This document shows, one piece after another, positions 49,120 to 61,039 of a stretch of DNA of 64,000 nucleotides. How positions within the stretch are numbered: the stretch's first letter is position 1; every line of letters begins with the position of its first letter. The notes beneath the pieces were generated by a model. The model did not search any database, was not told the origin of the DNA, and worked only from the letters and a program-made list of their open reading frames with translations. A program made the translations under genes and the position numbers. The DNA lies in assembly GCA_964658305.1 (NCBI GenBank), contig OZ210885.1:4712001-4776000 (forward strand). Reading direction: 5' to 3'. Source of the stretch: Leptogorgia sarmentosa (taxonomy: Eukaryota).

Positions 49120-49692
49120 AGTAGTATTATAGCGTACATATACCGCCGAAAGTAATTAGTATGCAGACAGATAGTGAGTAATACGATAGTAAATTACTAG
49201 TTGTGATAGTATATTATGACTGCAATAACCCGGGGAATAAAGAATGAGACTTTATGTTCTTGTAACAAGTTTATTAATCGTAAAAACATTGTTCATGTAC
49301 TTTTACAAGTCATATAGAGAATATTAGTTTACAGATACATGCTAGGAAATCTAATATTTAATGGTACTCATCATCGCTGTCCTCTGTAAAGGTGTAATCT
49401 TTTAACAGTTTTTTTATCAGAAATTTTCTCTTATCAACAGCTGCTTGAATAGCTTCTTCGGAATGATGAAAATGATCATTGTCAACAAAGGCATCTTTTG
49501 TATGCATTACTTCCTTATGCACTAGGCCATTCTTTAGTTGCTTCATCCGGGAAGGACGATCCATATAGATAATTTCCAGCTCATTTACTCACCAACCAAT
49601 TACTCGCTATCTTTCTACATACTAATTACTTCCGGCAGTATATTCCTGCATACTAATTACTTCCGGCGGTATATGTACTCTACAATACTACT
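49120..49692. mobile_element. 573-bp internally deleted Polinton/Maverick-like element
   Basis: Termini AGTAGT...ACTACT with imperfect ~45-bp TIRs. Internal ORF remnant (VHKEVMHTKDAFVDND...EEAIQAAVDKRKFLIKKLL) is followed by AATAAA on -. Confidence 0.65.
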
Positions 49693-50002
49693 CATTATCT
49701 CGGTACTTTAAATTCATTCATCTCATGCAGGTAGTTAATGATCGTTAAACTCATTACGCAACACACTTGTTCTCTGTTTATCTTTTTCGTATTTCTGAAC
49801 AGATGTTGAGTTCTGTATTGAAAACTTTCAAAGATTCTCTCGCATGAGCCGATGCAGCCATGGCTAATAACTCGTCGCATTTCTACACAATACCAGGTGA
49901 AATTCTTATTTCATCCGTTGTATTTAAATTCGTCGCAATGCTTATTGGAGTTTTAGGAAATGTCACAGTTATAGTTTATACAATTTTTACGAGGAAAGAA
50001 AA
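49693..50002 (+). pseudogene. Inverted duplicate of GPCR copy 11 promoter and first ~47 codons
   Basis: Reverse complement of 48810-49119 with about 4 substitutions; ATG at 49860. Confidence 0.92.
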
Positions 50003-50801
50003 ATATCACAGATATACAGAGTAATGGTTTTGGAAAGCATCCTGCTTCGATGTTATTGAGAGCAGCCGTCACTACCCCTCGCTCCGGGTCAAAAAATGAT
50101 AAATATTATTTTGACAACATAGGACATTGTTCGTCACTGAATTAAGTCTTAACAAAACGTGACATACATACGACGCGAATTTGACAATTTATACAAGCCT
50201 CCCCACGGTCTTACAGTAAGACAAATATCCAGAGTTTTGTTAGTTTTCGCACAAACAAGAAAGGTTTCGGAAGGTTTATTAAGCTTATTAAGCCCGTTGC
50301 GGTGCGAATTGCGTCGAAAATCGTTTGTGTGACATCGGCTTTGGGCGATGTCAGTCGGCAGTGAAGAATATGGTTGCTAGGCAACTCACTAACAGCTATT
50401 CGAAACACGAAAAATGCAATTAAAACTGATAATGATTATAAGTTGTTGGTTCATTTCGTTCACTTTGCATGAGCAGACGTCGTTTTTAGCTTGGGAAGGA
50501 ATTCAAACTGATAAATGGTCTCGTTTTACACTTCCATCACATACTTTCACTTTTAGGTTCTTTGTTCATAGAAGCCACTAAAAAATGGGCTGTTAAGTTT
50601 GTGAAAGGCCTATACTGACAATAAAATGACAACCTGCATCTTGCTGTAGCTCAGTGTTACATCGATTCGCCTACACTTTCATTGTATAGGGTTAAATCTT
50701 TAAGTCTAGATTTTAAATATATATATATCCCGCAGATTTTAAATACATATATTTCCCGCATTGCCCACGAGCAATACGCAATTTTTATTGCCCTGTCACT
50801 G

Positions 50802-51098
50802 CAGGGGCGTAGCCAAGGGGGGGCAAGGGGGGGCGGTCGCCCAATAGGCTGAAAGACTGCGCAGTAAAAAGATGAAATCCGGGTAGAAATTATGGGGGGG
50901 CGATGACTACCCATGTGACTACCAATCTCAATCCAAACATTTTCACAAATCTCACCCCAGAAACACGCTAAATCGCCATTGAGGGACTCCAGATTTCAAA
51001 ATTTTCCCGGGGGAGAATCCCCCGGACCCCCCTACATGGCATCGCGCCTTCCGCGTTTGCTTCGCCCCCCCAAAAATGAAGGTCTGCCTACGTTGTCA
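50802..51098. mobile_element. hAT-type MITE, degenerate right end
   Basis: Starts caggggcgtagccaaggggggg; contains the aaaattttcccgggggagaatcccccggaccccc hairpin typical of these MITEs. Confidence 0.55.
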
Positions 51099-51616
51099 GG
51101 AAAACAACCACAAAAAGCTTTGAAAATGAATTGAAATTTCCTGTTAAAATGAGCAACGAGGAGCATTCTGAAAGCGAATTTTATTACCCACAATTTAAAA
51201 ATGAGAGATACAAAATTGTTTTTTGTGAGTTTAATAAAGTACAGTATAATAATTTGGTTTATTCGTATTTGTCGTTTGAGCTCATTTCGCAACAGATTAT
51301 ATGCCATATAATAAAAAACTTACTGACTTCGACTGTTCGGGTTGTACAGGAAAATTTCTAACCTCGGTCTTGCTGTATTAACCTCGTTATCGCTCGGTCA
51401 ATACTGATATTTTCCCGTAAAGCCCTCACTCTAAGTTATTATTAATATTGCTTTGAAGCGTCTTTGTCCAATGTTATACTGGAAGTACATGCAATACTTA
51501 TTTTATCGTTTTAAAGTGAGGCAACGTAGGACGCACAAGAGTCTAGAAAGCGTTCCGACCTTTAGAGCCACTTAGCTCGCGGCAAAAATTTCTCCCTAGT
51601 GCGAAACAGGTCTAAG

Positions 51617-52553
51617 TTAATTACAGCGAAAAATTTTACAAAAAATTTGTCCATAAGCTTTTCTGTATTTGATATGTCTCATTCCATAGATGAAAGCATT
51701 CACAATGGAGTTTATTCCATAAAATTCATAGTGGAAAACTGCGAACCACAACTGCTTGCATGAATCACTACATGAGGATACTTTTTGTACCGCCTGCCCA
51801 ACCACTGTCGGCATCAAAACACAGAAAGTCAAAACTGCAACAACAATAGAAAATGTTTTAACTGCTTTAAGGGCTTGAAAGAATCGATTAACATCCTTTC
51901 TGTTGGTTTCTGTTTCAGGCAAGATACGTTTTCGTTGTTTCTTCGCAACGATTAAGATCCACACATTTATAGCTACTATCACATTCAAAGGGAAAAAAAG
52001 AAGAATAGTATTCATGATGAAGGCCAGAGTATAATCTAGGTAGCATGCAAAGACCTCTTGATGTTTCGTTAAAGCTCCTAAAGAAACCCATTAAAACACC
52101 AAAAACACAACAGGCAGTTAACCAAATACCAGACAAGGCTACAAAAATTCGTCGTGTAGACACAATCAGCGGATATTTGAGAGGTTTTACAATATAGACA
52201 CATCGATCAGCTGTAATTGCGAGAAGTGTGGCCACTGAAGCGAACGTAAATGCATAAATGCTTGAACGACTTAACTTACAAAACAAGTCCTGGTCATTAT
52301 TGATGTTTAATATAGTCTGTATAAATTCAACGATCCATATTGGATAAAATGTTAAACACACGAGAAGATCTGCCAGTGCCAGGTTTCCAATCAAGTAAGA
52401 TGTCGCTGTCTTTTCTTTGCTCGTAAAAATTGTGTAAATTATAACTGTGATATTTCCCAACACTCCAATAATCATTGCGAAGAATTTAAATGCAACCGAC
52501 GAAATGAGAATCTCAGTTGGTATCACGGAGAAATGCGACGAATTATTTGCCAT
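51617..52553 (-). pseudogene. Class A GPCR, copy 13, single 4-bp frameshift
   Basis: ggtagcaTGCAaaga near 52043 versus ggtagcaaaga in copy 5; both halves are otherwise open. Confidence 0.88.
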
Positions 52554-52689
52554 GGTATAGTTTCTTTCATGAAGAGAATCTCTTATAATATCAATACACA
52601 ACTGAACGTTCAGTGAATAAGAGCGGCGAAAATGATGAACAATCAATAAATGTGTTGTGGCTATAATGTGTTCATGTATACCGGTCATT

Positions 52690-53205
52690 CACCCGTTAAA
52701 CAAAGACCTCAACGGGTAGTACCCGATATTTCTCAATTGAGAACATGGGTAGTGCCCAAGCTGGACTATCGTCTAAGTAGCCTGGCATGGTAAATTATGA
52801 ACAGTGATTGCCCGGGTCTATAATCATATGCATTTAGCCAGGCCAGAGTGGTGAACGGCGAGCTCGATTTAGCTCAAGTGGTAAGGCGCGCGGTGCGTGC
52901 GTTACAGTTCTATAGTTCAAGCCCCAGTTCGACACATTTTTTCAGCGTTAGTGATGAAAACTTTTTTTTCCTCAATATTTATCTGACCACAATGGTCAGG
53001 GTTAGGATTCTAGGGTTTGGGTTGGGACTAAGGAAATTCTTAGTATATAGAAAAATGGTTTATATCTAACACTAATATAACTATATCAAGAGTAATACTG
53101 AAACGCCGACCAGCAAGCTTAGGCGATAGTCCAGCGTGGGCATTACCCGTGTACTCAATTGAGAAATATTGGGTACTACCCGTTGAGGTCTTTGTTCAAC
53201 GGCTG
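52690..53205. mobile_element. P-element-like MITE with internal tRNA-like segment
   Basis: CA...TG ends, imperfect ~85-bp TIRs, 7-bp TSD GGTCATT. Interior has tagctcaagtggtaagg...gttcaagcccc and ggttagg-like repeats. Confidence 0.8.
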
Positions 53206-54508
53206 GGTCATTGGAAGAACAGCCCAATTAAAGACAACACTTAATTTATGCACACAGATGGCAAACGTTTCTGTCATTTTTAATCATTAAGTGAAACATT
53301 GACCTAGTATACATGCCGTTCAAATCTATTTAGTTAAAAAGGTGAGCATGTCACGGATACAGAGTAATATTATTTGAAACGGATTTCAAAAGACTGCAAT
53401 TGTTTTTGTCTCAGTCAACTTTTACTGATATGAAAATATTTTGTTTTTTAGAATAATTATATTTATGTTTTCTTAAAAAATATTGAGCAAAATAACCTGT
53501 AAGTTATGCTTGCCTTTATTTTGCCTTTTTGTAAGATCATTAAGTAGTTGCATCGTGATACAGTGGTATTCTCTTCAGCACTGCAGCTGTCAAAACAGCT
53601 GCATCTCTTTCGCAATTCTAGCGCTTCTTTTTATGCCAAAGTTATCCTATACATGCATGAATGAAGTAAAAAGTATTCAATTCTAGAAATGTCGCAAACG
53701 TCAGAAGGAGAAGAATATGGGAAGCAATAAAAAGAAGAAAAACAATAAGCTTATTTAGTCCACTTTGCTTGGGAAAACATTTTCCTCTCACTAGATACTA
53801 ACACTATGACGTATGACGAATAGTTCCGACAAGAATATTCGTGAACCGCCGTCCTTGATCTGTTTTTGCAGAATCGTTGTTTCCTTTCTCAAGTCTTCCA
53901 AAACGTAAGCTTTCTGGAATTTGTCAATGACCCGATTTGAAAGCGGGTACGCCAACCATTTATATAAATACACAAGAGTTTAGTGCAAACAATATATGCT
54001 ATTGTGACCAAACAACTAGTGTTTGTTGCTATGCATGCATAGCTGCTAGGTAGCTTTTTCTGAAGGAACTTGGATGAGGAAGTTGAAAAAAATTAAGCCC
54101 TAATAAGGCGATAATATTCACTCGAGATAAAAAGAACGTTCTATGATATTGCATTCGGGTAATTCCTGCACAACATTTGTTATTCAGCCTTTATTTATTT
54201 TGGACAAACATTGAAGGAACAGTTTGAAAGGAAGAAATACTACTCTTACTAGATATTTTCATATTTGGATTTCCGTTTAAAAAAATCTAACAATATTGTT
54301 TCATAGAATGCAATTCTGAATTGCCCCTGGTATTTTCCTAAATTTTGGTCCTCGCACTTAAGATCGCTACTCACGATTATTGCCAAATGTGTTAGTTTTT
54401 CCTTAAAATATTATAATGATGTCTTATAAAATGAAAATTTTTATTCATCGCTCGATGTTTTGGAGCTTGCATGCTTTGACCAAGCTAGAATTTACAGCTA
54501 AATGTAGT

Positions 54509-55325
54509 CAGCGCCGGATTAACCCATCATTGGGCCGGGGACAAACAAAAAGTAAAGGGCCGTAATTTGGTGAATATGAAAACATGAAACATATATGTAA
54601 TCAAATTGAAAGTCTTGTCCATTATATCGTCAAGAACTATAATATGCATGAACATAGGGAATAGCATTTTAACGTGAAATTGGCATTTACCAGCCACTTC
54701 GACATTAACTTAAGTGAGTCTAGTATTTCGTGTTCAATGCTAAGCATAAGCTTACGGGCTACATTTTTTCAGAGGGGGGCAGAAAGTTTATCTTTGCAAT
54801 TGCCCGAATTTGAGGGTAGCGAATGTCACGAGGCTCCACCACGGTTGGCGCCGAGCGAGAAATTTTTGAACTTTTACAACCTCTGGATTGCCGGAAACGG
54901 CGATTTCAAAGTCCAAACTCCACTTTCTTGGTACGCTCGTTCAGGTGAACGACTGGAGGATTGTTGACATTACCTTATTCCTCAGATTTTTGCCGGAATT
55001 ATGCTCAAAATCAGTGCCCGAATTTTCCAATTTGAAATTTTTTGGGGGGCACGGGCTGGGGCCCCACCTCGTACGCCTATGATGCTAAGTAGTTTGAAGT
55101 TTGCAATCTTATCGTTGTCTATAGACGCAGATAATTCTTGAGTAATTTAGGACTCTAGAACTTCCTGGCTTTCAATTGACCAATTTTTAATCAAAATTTA
55201 TGTTTTTTCGAAACCCCACAGTAACTGAAATTTTTTATACATTGTTTTTCTTGGGCCGGTAAATAACCTTTAGAGCTGGGGCCGGGGGCAAATGCCCCCA
55301 TTGCCCCCTAGATAATCCGGCACTG
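54509..55325. mobile_element. hAT MITE (outer)
   Basis: TIR cag(c/t)gccggatta with 8-bp TSD AATGTAGT. Confidence 0.9.
54745..55081. mobile_element. hAT MITE nested in the previous element
   Basis: Ends cataagcttacg / cgtacgcctatg with 8-bp TSD ATGCTAAG. Confidence 0.9.
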
Positions 55326-55568
55326 AATGTAGTCCTGCAGGAACACTTTACTGATGCACTGTAATTTGACTCCATACATTTCTCTCTAATCATTTCTACA
55401 GAAAATCCTCAAAAATTTACACAATAATATAAGTCATTATTATCTTAATCGTTCTATTATCATTATTCCTAACGAATTTGATGAATTGGTTGTATAAAAT
55501 ATGCCAAGCCTGTGTGTCACTTTAAACGTTTTGCAAGGAGTCTTAGCCATGTGATTAAATGTTATAAT

Positions 55569-55986
55569 AGAGACCTTAAGATTGGCGTATTTTTTTCACC
55601 GCAAACGTCAAGAAGCCACGTAACTAGTGCTTGCGGTAAATTTTGTCGTTTGCGGTCCACGTTTCAACGTGAGGAGGTGCTTCCATAGGTAAGTCACTTA
55701 CTGCAAGTTTTTTTTGCTATTATCACTGTCAAAATTCAGATAAAATGCTTAAAACGTATTTCCTAATTATATTAACAAATCAAATATTTGATTTTTATCC
55801 TTTAAGCGTTTATTTTAAGTCATTTGTGAAGCAAAAACATACATATTGGGCCGCCGCCATCTTGAATTTTTCACACTGCAGTAAACCCACAGATCTTAAT
55901 CTTCTAAAAATCGTATACCGCTGACGGCAACGCCAACGTACGACTGCGGTTCGCGGTTTGCCGTAAACGCCAATCTTAAGGTCTCT
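55569..55986. mobile_element. PIF/Harbinger-related MITE
   Basis: Perfect 20-bp TIR agagaccttaagattggcgt with AAT on both sides. Confidence 0.82.
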
Positions 55987-56579
55987 AATAGTTAACACTG
56001 CTGTACGTCTACTCCATTTCTAACCATTTTTACCGACAACGACGACAGAGCATCATTATTGAAAACGGATATTAAAGTTCAGAGGTTGCAGTTCTTGAAT
56101 TGTTTTGGGGAGGATTCTCCTGTCCGATCTAAGCTATATACTACAGGATCTTTAATGTTCATTCACTACCGTAATTTAATTACTAAATATTCTTATAATG
56201 TCATAACATAATTCAACACTAAACAGAACGACTCACAATTTTTTTAAAACAAGTCTCTATACAACAAGACTTGGTTTGATGAAAAATCCTTTTCCAATAA
56301 GTCAGCTCAATATTTTCCCTAAATATAATACGTAGATTCAATTTGAAGCTGCATGATATTTGTCTCAATTTAGTTTCCATTAGTCTTCTTATTTCGCGAA
56401 CGATGGACTACACTCTCGAAACAGTACTAATGCCGTGTCATTTATCTATGCATGCAAATTCATTTCGACCACAGTCTTGATTCGAGATTAGAATGCGATT
56501 TCTTCTATCTATATTCTCTTTCACTATCCAACGCTATGATTTCTGTAAGTTCTTAACCAGAATTCAAAACGACAACACT

Positions 56580-57524
56580 TTATTGGTTGGCGAGTTTGTT
56601 GCATCGAAGTATCCCAAGAATGATCTGTCTTGGAGCTTTTCTATATTTAATATGCCTCATTCCATAGATATAAGCATTCACAATCGAATTTATTCCATAA
56701 AATTCATAGTGGAACACAGCGTACCACATTCGCCGGCATGAACTGCCACATGAAGACTCGTCTAGCACCAGTCCAACCACTGTTGGTATTAAAACACAGA
56801 AAGTCAACACTGCAACAACAATAGAAAATGTTTTAACTGCCTTAAGAGCGTTAAAAAGTTGGTTAAAATCATTCCTGTTGGCTGGTGTTTCAGCCGAGAT
56901 ACGTTTTCGTTGTTTCTCCGCAACAATTAAAATCCAGCAATTAAGAATTACTATTAAAGTCAGTGGGAAATAGGCAATAAAAGTATCAATGACCCAGTCC
57001 AGGACACCATCGAGGTAACACAAACTTCTCAAGGTTCCGTTAAATTTTCTGTAATGAATCAGCAAACTGATTAAAACGCAGCACGATGTTAACCAGATGC
57101 ATATCATAGCAACAAACACTCGTTGTTTGGTCACAATCAATGGATATTTGAGAGGTTTTACAATGTAGAAACATCGATCAACAGTAATTGCGAGAAGTGT
57201 GGCTACTGAAGCGAACAGTAATGCTTTTATGCTGGAACGACTTAACTTACAAAATACGTCCTGATCACTATCGATGTTTAATATAGTCTGTATAAATTCA
57301 ATCATCCATATTGGATAAAATGTTAAACACACGAGAAGATCTGCCAGTGCCAGGTTTCCAACCAAGTAAGATGTCGCTGTCTTTTCTTTGCTCGTGAAAA
57401 TTGTATAAATTATAATTGTGATATTTCCCAAAACTCCAAAAATCATTGCGAAGAATTTGAATACAACAGACGAGATAAGAATTTCACTTGATACTGCGGA
57501 GAAATGCGACGAGTTATTTGCCAT
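56580..57524 (-). CDS. Class A GPCR, copy 14, 314 aa
   Basis: Full 7TM ORF from MANNSS (alternative ATG at 57539). Confidence 0.92.
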   Translation of the reverse strand: MANNSSHFSAVSSEILISSVVFKFFAMIFGVLGNITIIIYTIFTSKEKTATSYLVGNLALADLLVCLTFYPIWMIEFIQTILNIDSDQDVFCKLSRSSIKALLFASVATLLAITVDRCFYIVKPLKYPLIVTKQRVFVAMICIWLTSCCVLISLLIHYRKFNGTLRSLCYLDGVLDWVIDTFIAYFPLTLIVILNCWILIVAEKQRKRISAETPANRNDFNQLFNALKAVKTFSIVVAVLTFCVLIPTVVGLVLDESSCGSSCRRMWYAVFHYEFYGINSIVNAYIYGMRHIKYRKAPRQIILGILRCNKLANQ

Positions 57525-58664
57525 GGTTTTATCTTTCATGGAAGAGAATCTTAACTGAAAGCCTGTTTATACAACGAAGAAAAATATAAACACAGAATAA
57601 ATTTGTTAATTCAGTGCGTTAATTTTTATAAGATATTGGACGATATACTGTGCATGCAGATAACAAGCCCTCGACCAATTACACGCTCCGAGTGCAATTG
57701 AGCTAAAAGTAATTATATGTAACAGCGTGAGCATTTGACATTTTCATTTGGAAATTTTATGTGAGCAGATGACGACCTTTGTCTTACCGCCAATGTTTAA
57801 GGAGATACCATGGCAATAAAAATTAATCTTGTCTCATTTAATTGGTTGTTTGCAATGGCTTAAATTTGAAATTTCAGTTCACGGGCAAGTAGGACGAAAA
57901 TCGATCCAATGGAGACATTTTCAGATGTAGAGACATTTCAAGTCTCAGATAGATGTGTTACCGTCATTTTATCTTCCTACAATCACTTAAATATTAAATT
58001 TTAAACAATCAACTGGACATTTGTTTGGAGCGGCATAAGATAAACAGAGAATAAATGTGTTGTATGATGAGTTCATATAACTGTCATTAACTATTTGAGC
58101 AATACCCAGATGATGAACAATGTTTCTTAATATTTAGTAATAGATTAACATAATACTTTGTTTGAAAACTGGTATTCACAAACTAATATCGAAAGTTGGA
58201 TGTATGAATAAGCAATATCACCAGAAATAGCTACAATAAAAATTCTTAAAAACCTCCATTGTTACGCGTGTTTTTTTTCAAAATGTTCAACTTTGTTCAC
58301 CTGCTTTCTAGGGACATGCAGGCTCATTCCATATATGGAAGTATTATCTCATCACGAACTCCAGTATGGGGGGAGGGCAGGTAGAGGATAACAACATCAA
58401 TAGGCATAAGAAGTTCAACCCACTAGTTAAATGACATAATAAAGATTCGACGTTTCGAGCAATTAGTGTTGCATCAGAGAAAGCACGCCAGTGAATAATA
58501 TCATATATCAAATCAACACGTAACAAAATTGAAACCCATCATGCAAAACCTGTGAACGGTTAGCAAACACATTTATCATAAACAAGCTAGTTCACCTTTT
58601 GTAAGGAAAGGCTCTAGGTTGATAACATCCGGAGTGTCAGGAAAAAAAAATTTAACGATACGGC

Positions 58665-58843
58665 CAGTGCTGTAGAACTAGAACTAAGTTTAGAACGTTT
58701 GGGACTAAAATCATCAAAAAGTATTAGTTAGATTTTTAACTTTAATGCATGGATTTTCTAAAGAAGAAGGGGGCTCAGCCCTCTCACAGCTTGAAGAAGA
58801 GAGGCTCTGCCCTCAAGCACTCCCTCATACTCCTACAGCACTG
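58665..58843. mobile_element. Older hAT MITE
   Basis: TIR cagtgctgtag with degenerate TSD gatacggc/gattcggg. Confidence 0.6.
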
Positions 58844-60610
58844 GATTCGGGATATTCCGAATGTTTATGTTGATATCTAAATTACATATTCGATATGGAC
58901 ATCTTCCTTCACGTTTGTCAGAAGTTATCCTAGCGAGGGATCTCTTGCGGCTATAATATTCAGAAAACTGAGATTTTTCCAGTACGAAACCTCATAAGAA
59001 CAAACAAACACACGCGTGGGCAAACGAATATAGTAGCTTGTAGTTAATGCGTCGGGATCCACGAGTGTTTAGTGCAAGGAAATTTATAAAAATATTTCGA
59101 ATGTCATGGGCGAGAAAAAACTATTTTTGCTGATGTTGTTTCTGTTTATCTCACCACAACCTCTTAGATACTGAGAAAAATCGTGTACAAGTTGTTCAAC
59201 TGTCAGTCATTTGGGGGAAAAGTCGCGTGATTGCAAATGAATACACATTTCGTTCAAATACTCAATCAAGCGAGAAGTCTCTTTTAGTGTTCTATGTCAT
59301 GTTGGCATTTGGTTTACAGCCTAGCAGAACAGAAAACATTAAGTTGAACAAGAAGTAAAAATGCGTCGGTATCATGGAGTGTTCGCGAGAGGTCTGTGTG
59401 GACTGTGGATGACTGGGATAAGTCTGGCGAACCATCGTTTGTAACAAAGATAGGACATGTCAAGACTACAAAACATCCAATAGATTCGTGAATACATTCT
59501 TTGTATTAATGAATTTTTATTAAACTGTTTAGCTATGTCGGATTCAATTTTATATGAAGGACAATTTCATTCGATTATTTACAAATTATATCAGTCAAGT
59601 GAATTAATGAACGTGCGGAAAATCTTGTTATACGAAAAAGCCCGCCCACCTTTCCTCACGGCTGAGGAATAATAATAAATAGTTGTTATTATGTGTGCAT
59701 ATTACACCTTTGTAACCATCTATTTGTAAAACAACAAAGAACTTAATAAACAACGCCAGCGGGGTTCTCTTTTTTTGGACAACACTTCGTCACGTGAAAT
59801 GCATCTAACAGGTAATCCAGGTCACAAATGCGACCAGAATGACCTGACCTATAGAGACTCTATGGGTCAGTCATTTCCTTGTTGATTACCCTTTACCCAA
59901 AAGTTGGTCCCCAATCCAACTAGCATGCACTTAACAACGACGAGCTTACTGACCTTATGGGGGGTTCGTCTGTTCCCTTGTTATCTAGAGGTTCACTAAT
60001 CCTCCGGCAAAACTGGTCGTTCCCAGACCATCAGGACTCAACTCGCTGTGTAACATCCACAGAGCCGCGTCACTCCCTCTGTAATCTAGAGGTCAACCCG
60101 TTCCTCGAGATTAGTTAAGCCATTTTTCCACCCCATTATTTCGCCGGCGAAAAAAGACAAGGGAATCATGCTTTTACATTCATTTGCCGCTGAGAAAAAC
60201 TTGTTCCACCTCTCTAGTTGTTGAAAATGTTTAACTTTTGTCAGACTTTCACTGACGGCACAAAAGAACGAATTGAATTTTTCGGTGGCGAAATATCATA
60301 TTTCGGAGAAGGATGTAGTCCTCACTGCACACTTGCCATATGAGTGTGTTCGTGGTTGGAGTTCTACTCGACAAGAAGCTTTGGCAAAGCAAATTTCGTG
60401 TAGTTATATTCAAATTTTTAATGCATTAATTTTGTTTACGTGCGAAGTGGCTTTAAAGTAAGAAACGACTCCCAACGAGTTGAAGAGCGTTTAAGGAAGC
60501 TAGCAAGTGCATGAGATCAAAGCAAAATTCGTTGGTAAGAGCGGACATGCTTACAGAATGCTTTGCCAAAAGCCATTATTCGCATCATAAATTTAATTTT
60601 TTCACTATAG

Positions 60611-60946
60611 GTAATCATACTGTTGCTATTATCAAAGGACAAGAGTCCTACGAACTGTTGGAGAGGTCTTGTTCAAAGATATTCACACAAGTAAACAGCT
60701 TGGTGGAAAAGAAAACAGTTACTGTTAATGGAGCAAAGATTCCTGTGGAATTATATCTTGGTGGTAATTATAAGGTAAATATAAGTTCCTTATAAGTTTG
60801 CAATATAGTCTAACACAAAGTGTTCCTTACAACAACATTAGTCATTCTTGTTTTGCTCTTCCATAGTTCCTACTTCTAATTTTGGGGATGAAGTCAGCAA
60901 CGTCTGATTATGCCGGTATCTGGTGCCTCATCCATAAATTGCTCAG
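60611..60946 (+). mobile_element. Spliced Transib/Chapaev (RAG1-related) transposase fragment
   Basis: Exons 60611-60774 and 60867-60946 give NHTVAIIKGQESYELL...VELYLGGNYK/FLLLILGMKSATSDYAGIWCLIHK, matching the D-x-K...G......Y-C-xx-C region with D to N and C to G decay. Confidence 0.6.
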
Positions 60947-61039
60947 GTAAAAATGGTAAAATTGTAACATATTATAAGATAGCAAAACGTTCCAACAACA
61001 AAATTAAGTAATGTCAACAGAAAATTTATTTCATTAAAT

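Noticed and set aside
52860..52935. Functional tRNA gene (also 29872-29948)
   Set aside because: Anticodon arm is not canonical and both lie inside repeats.
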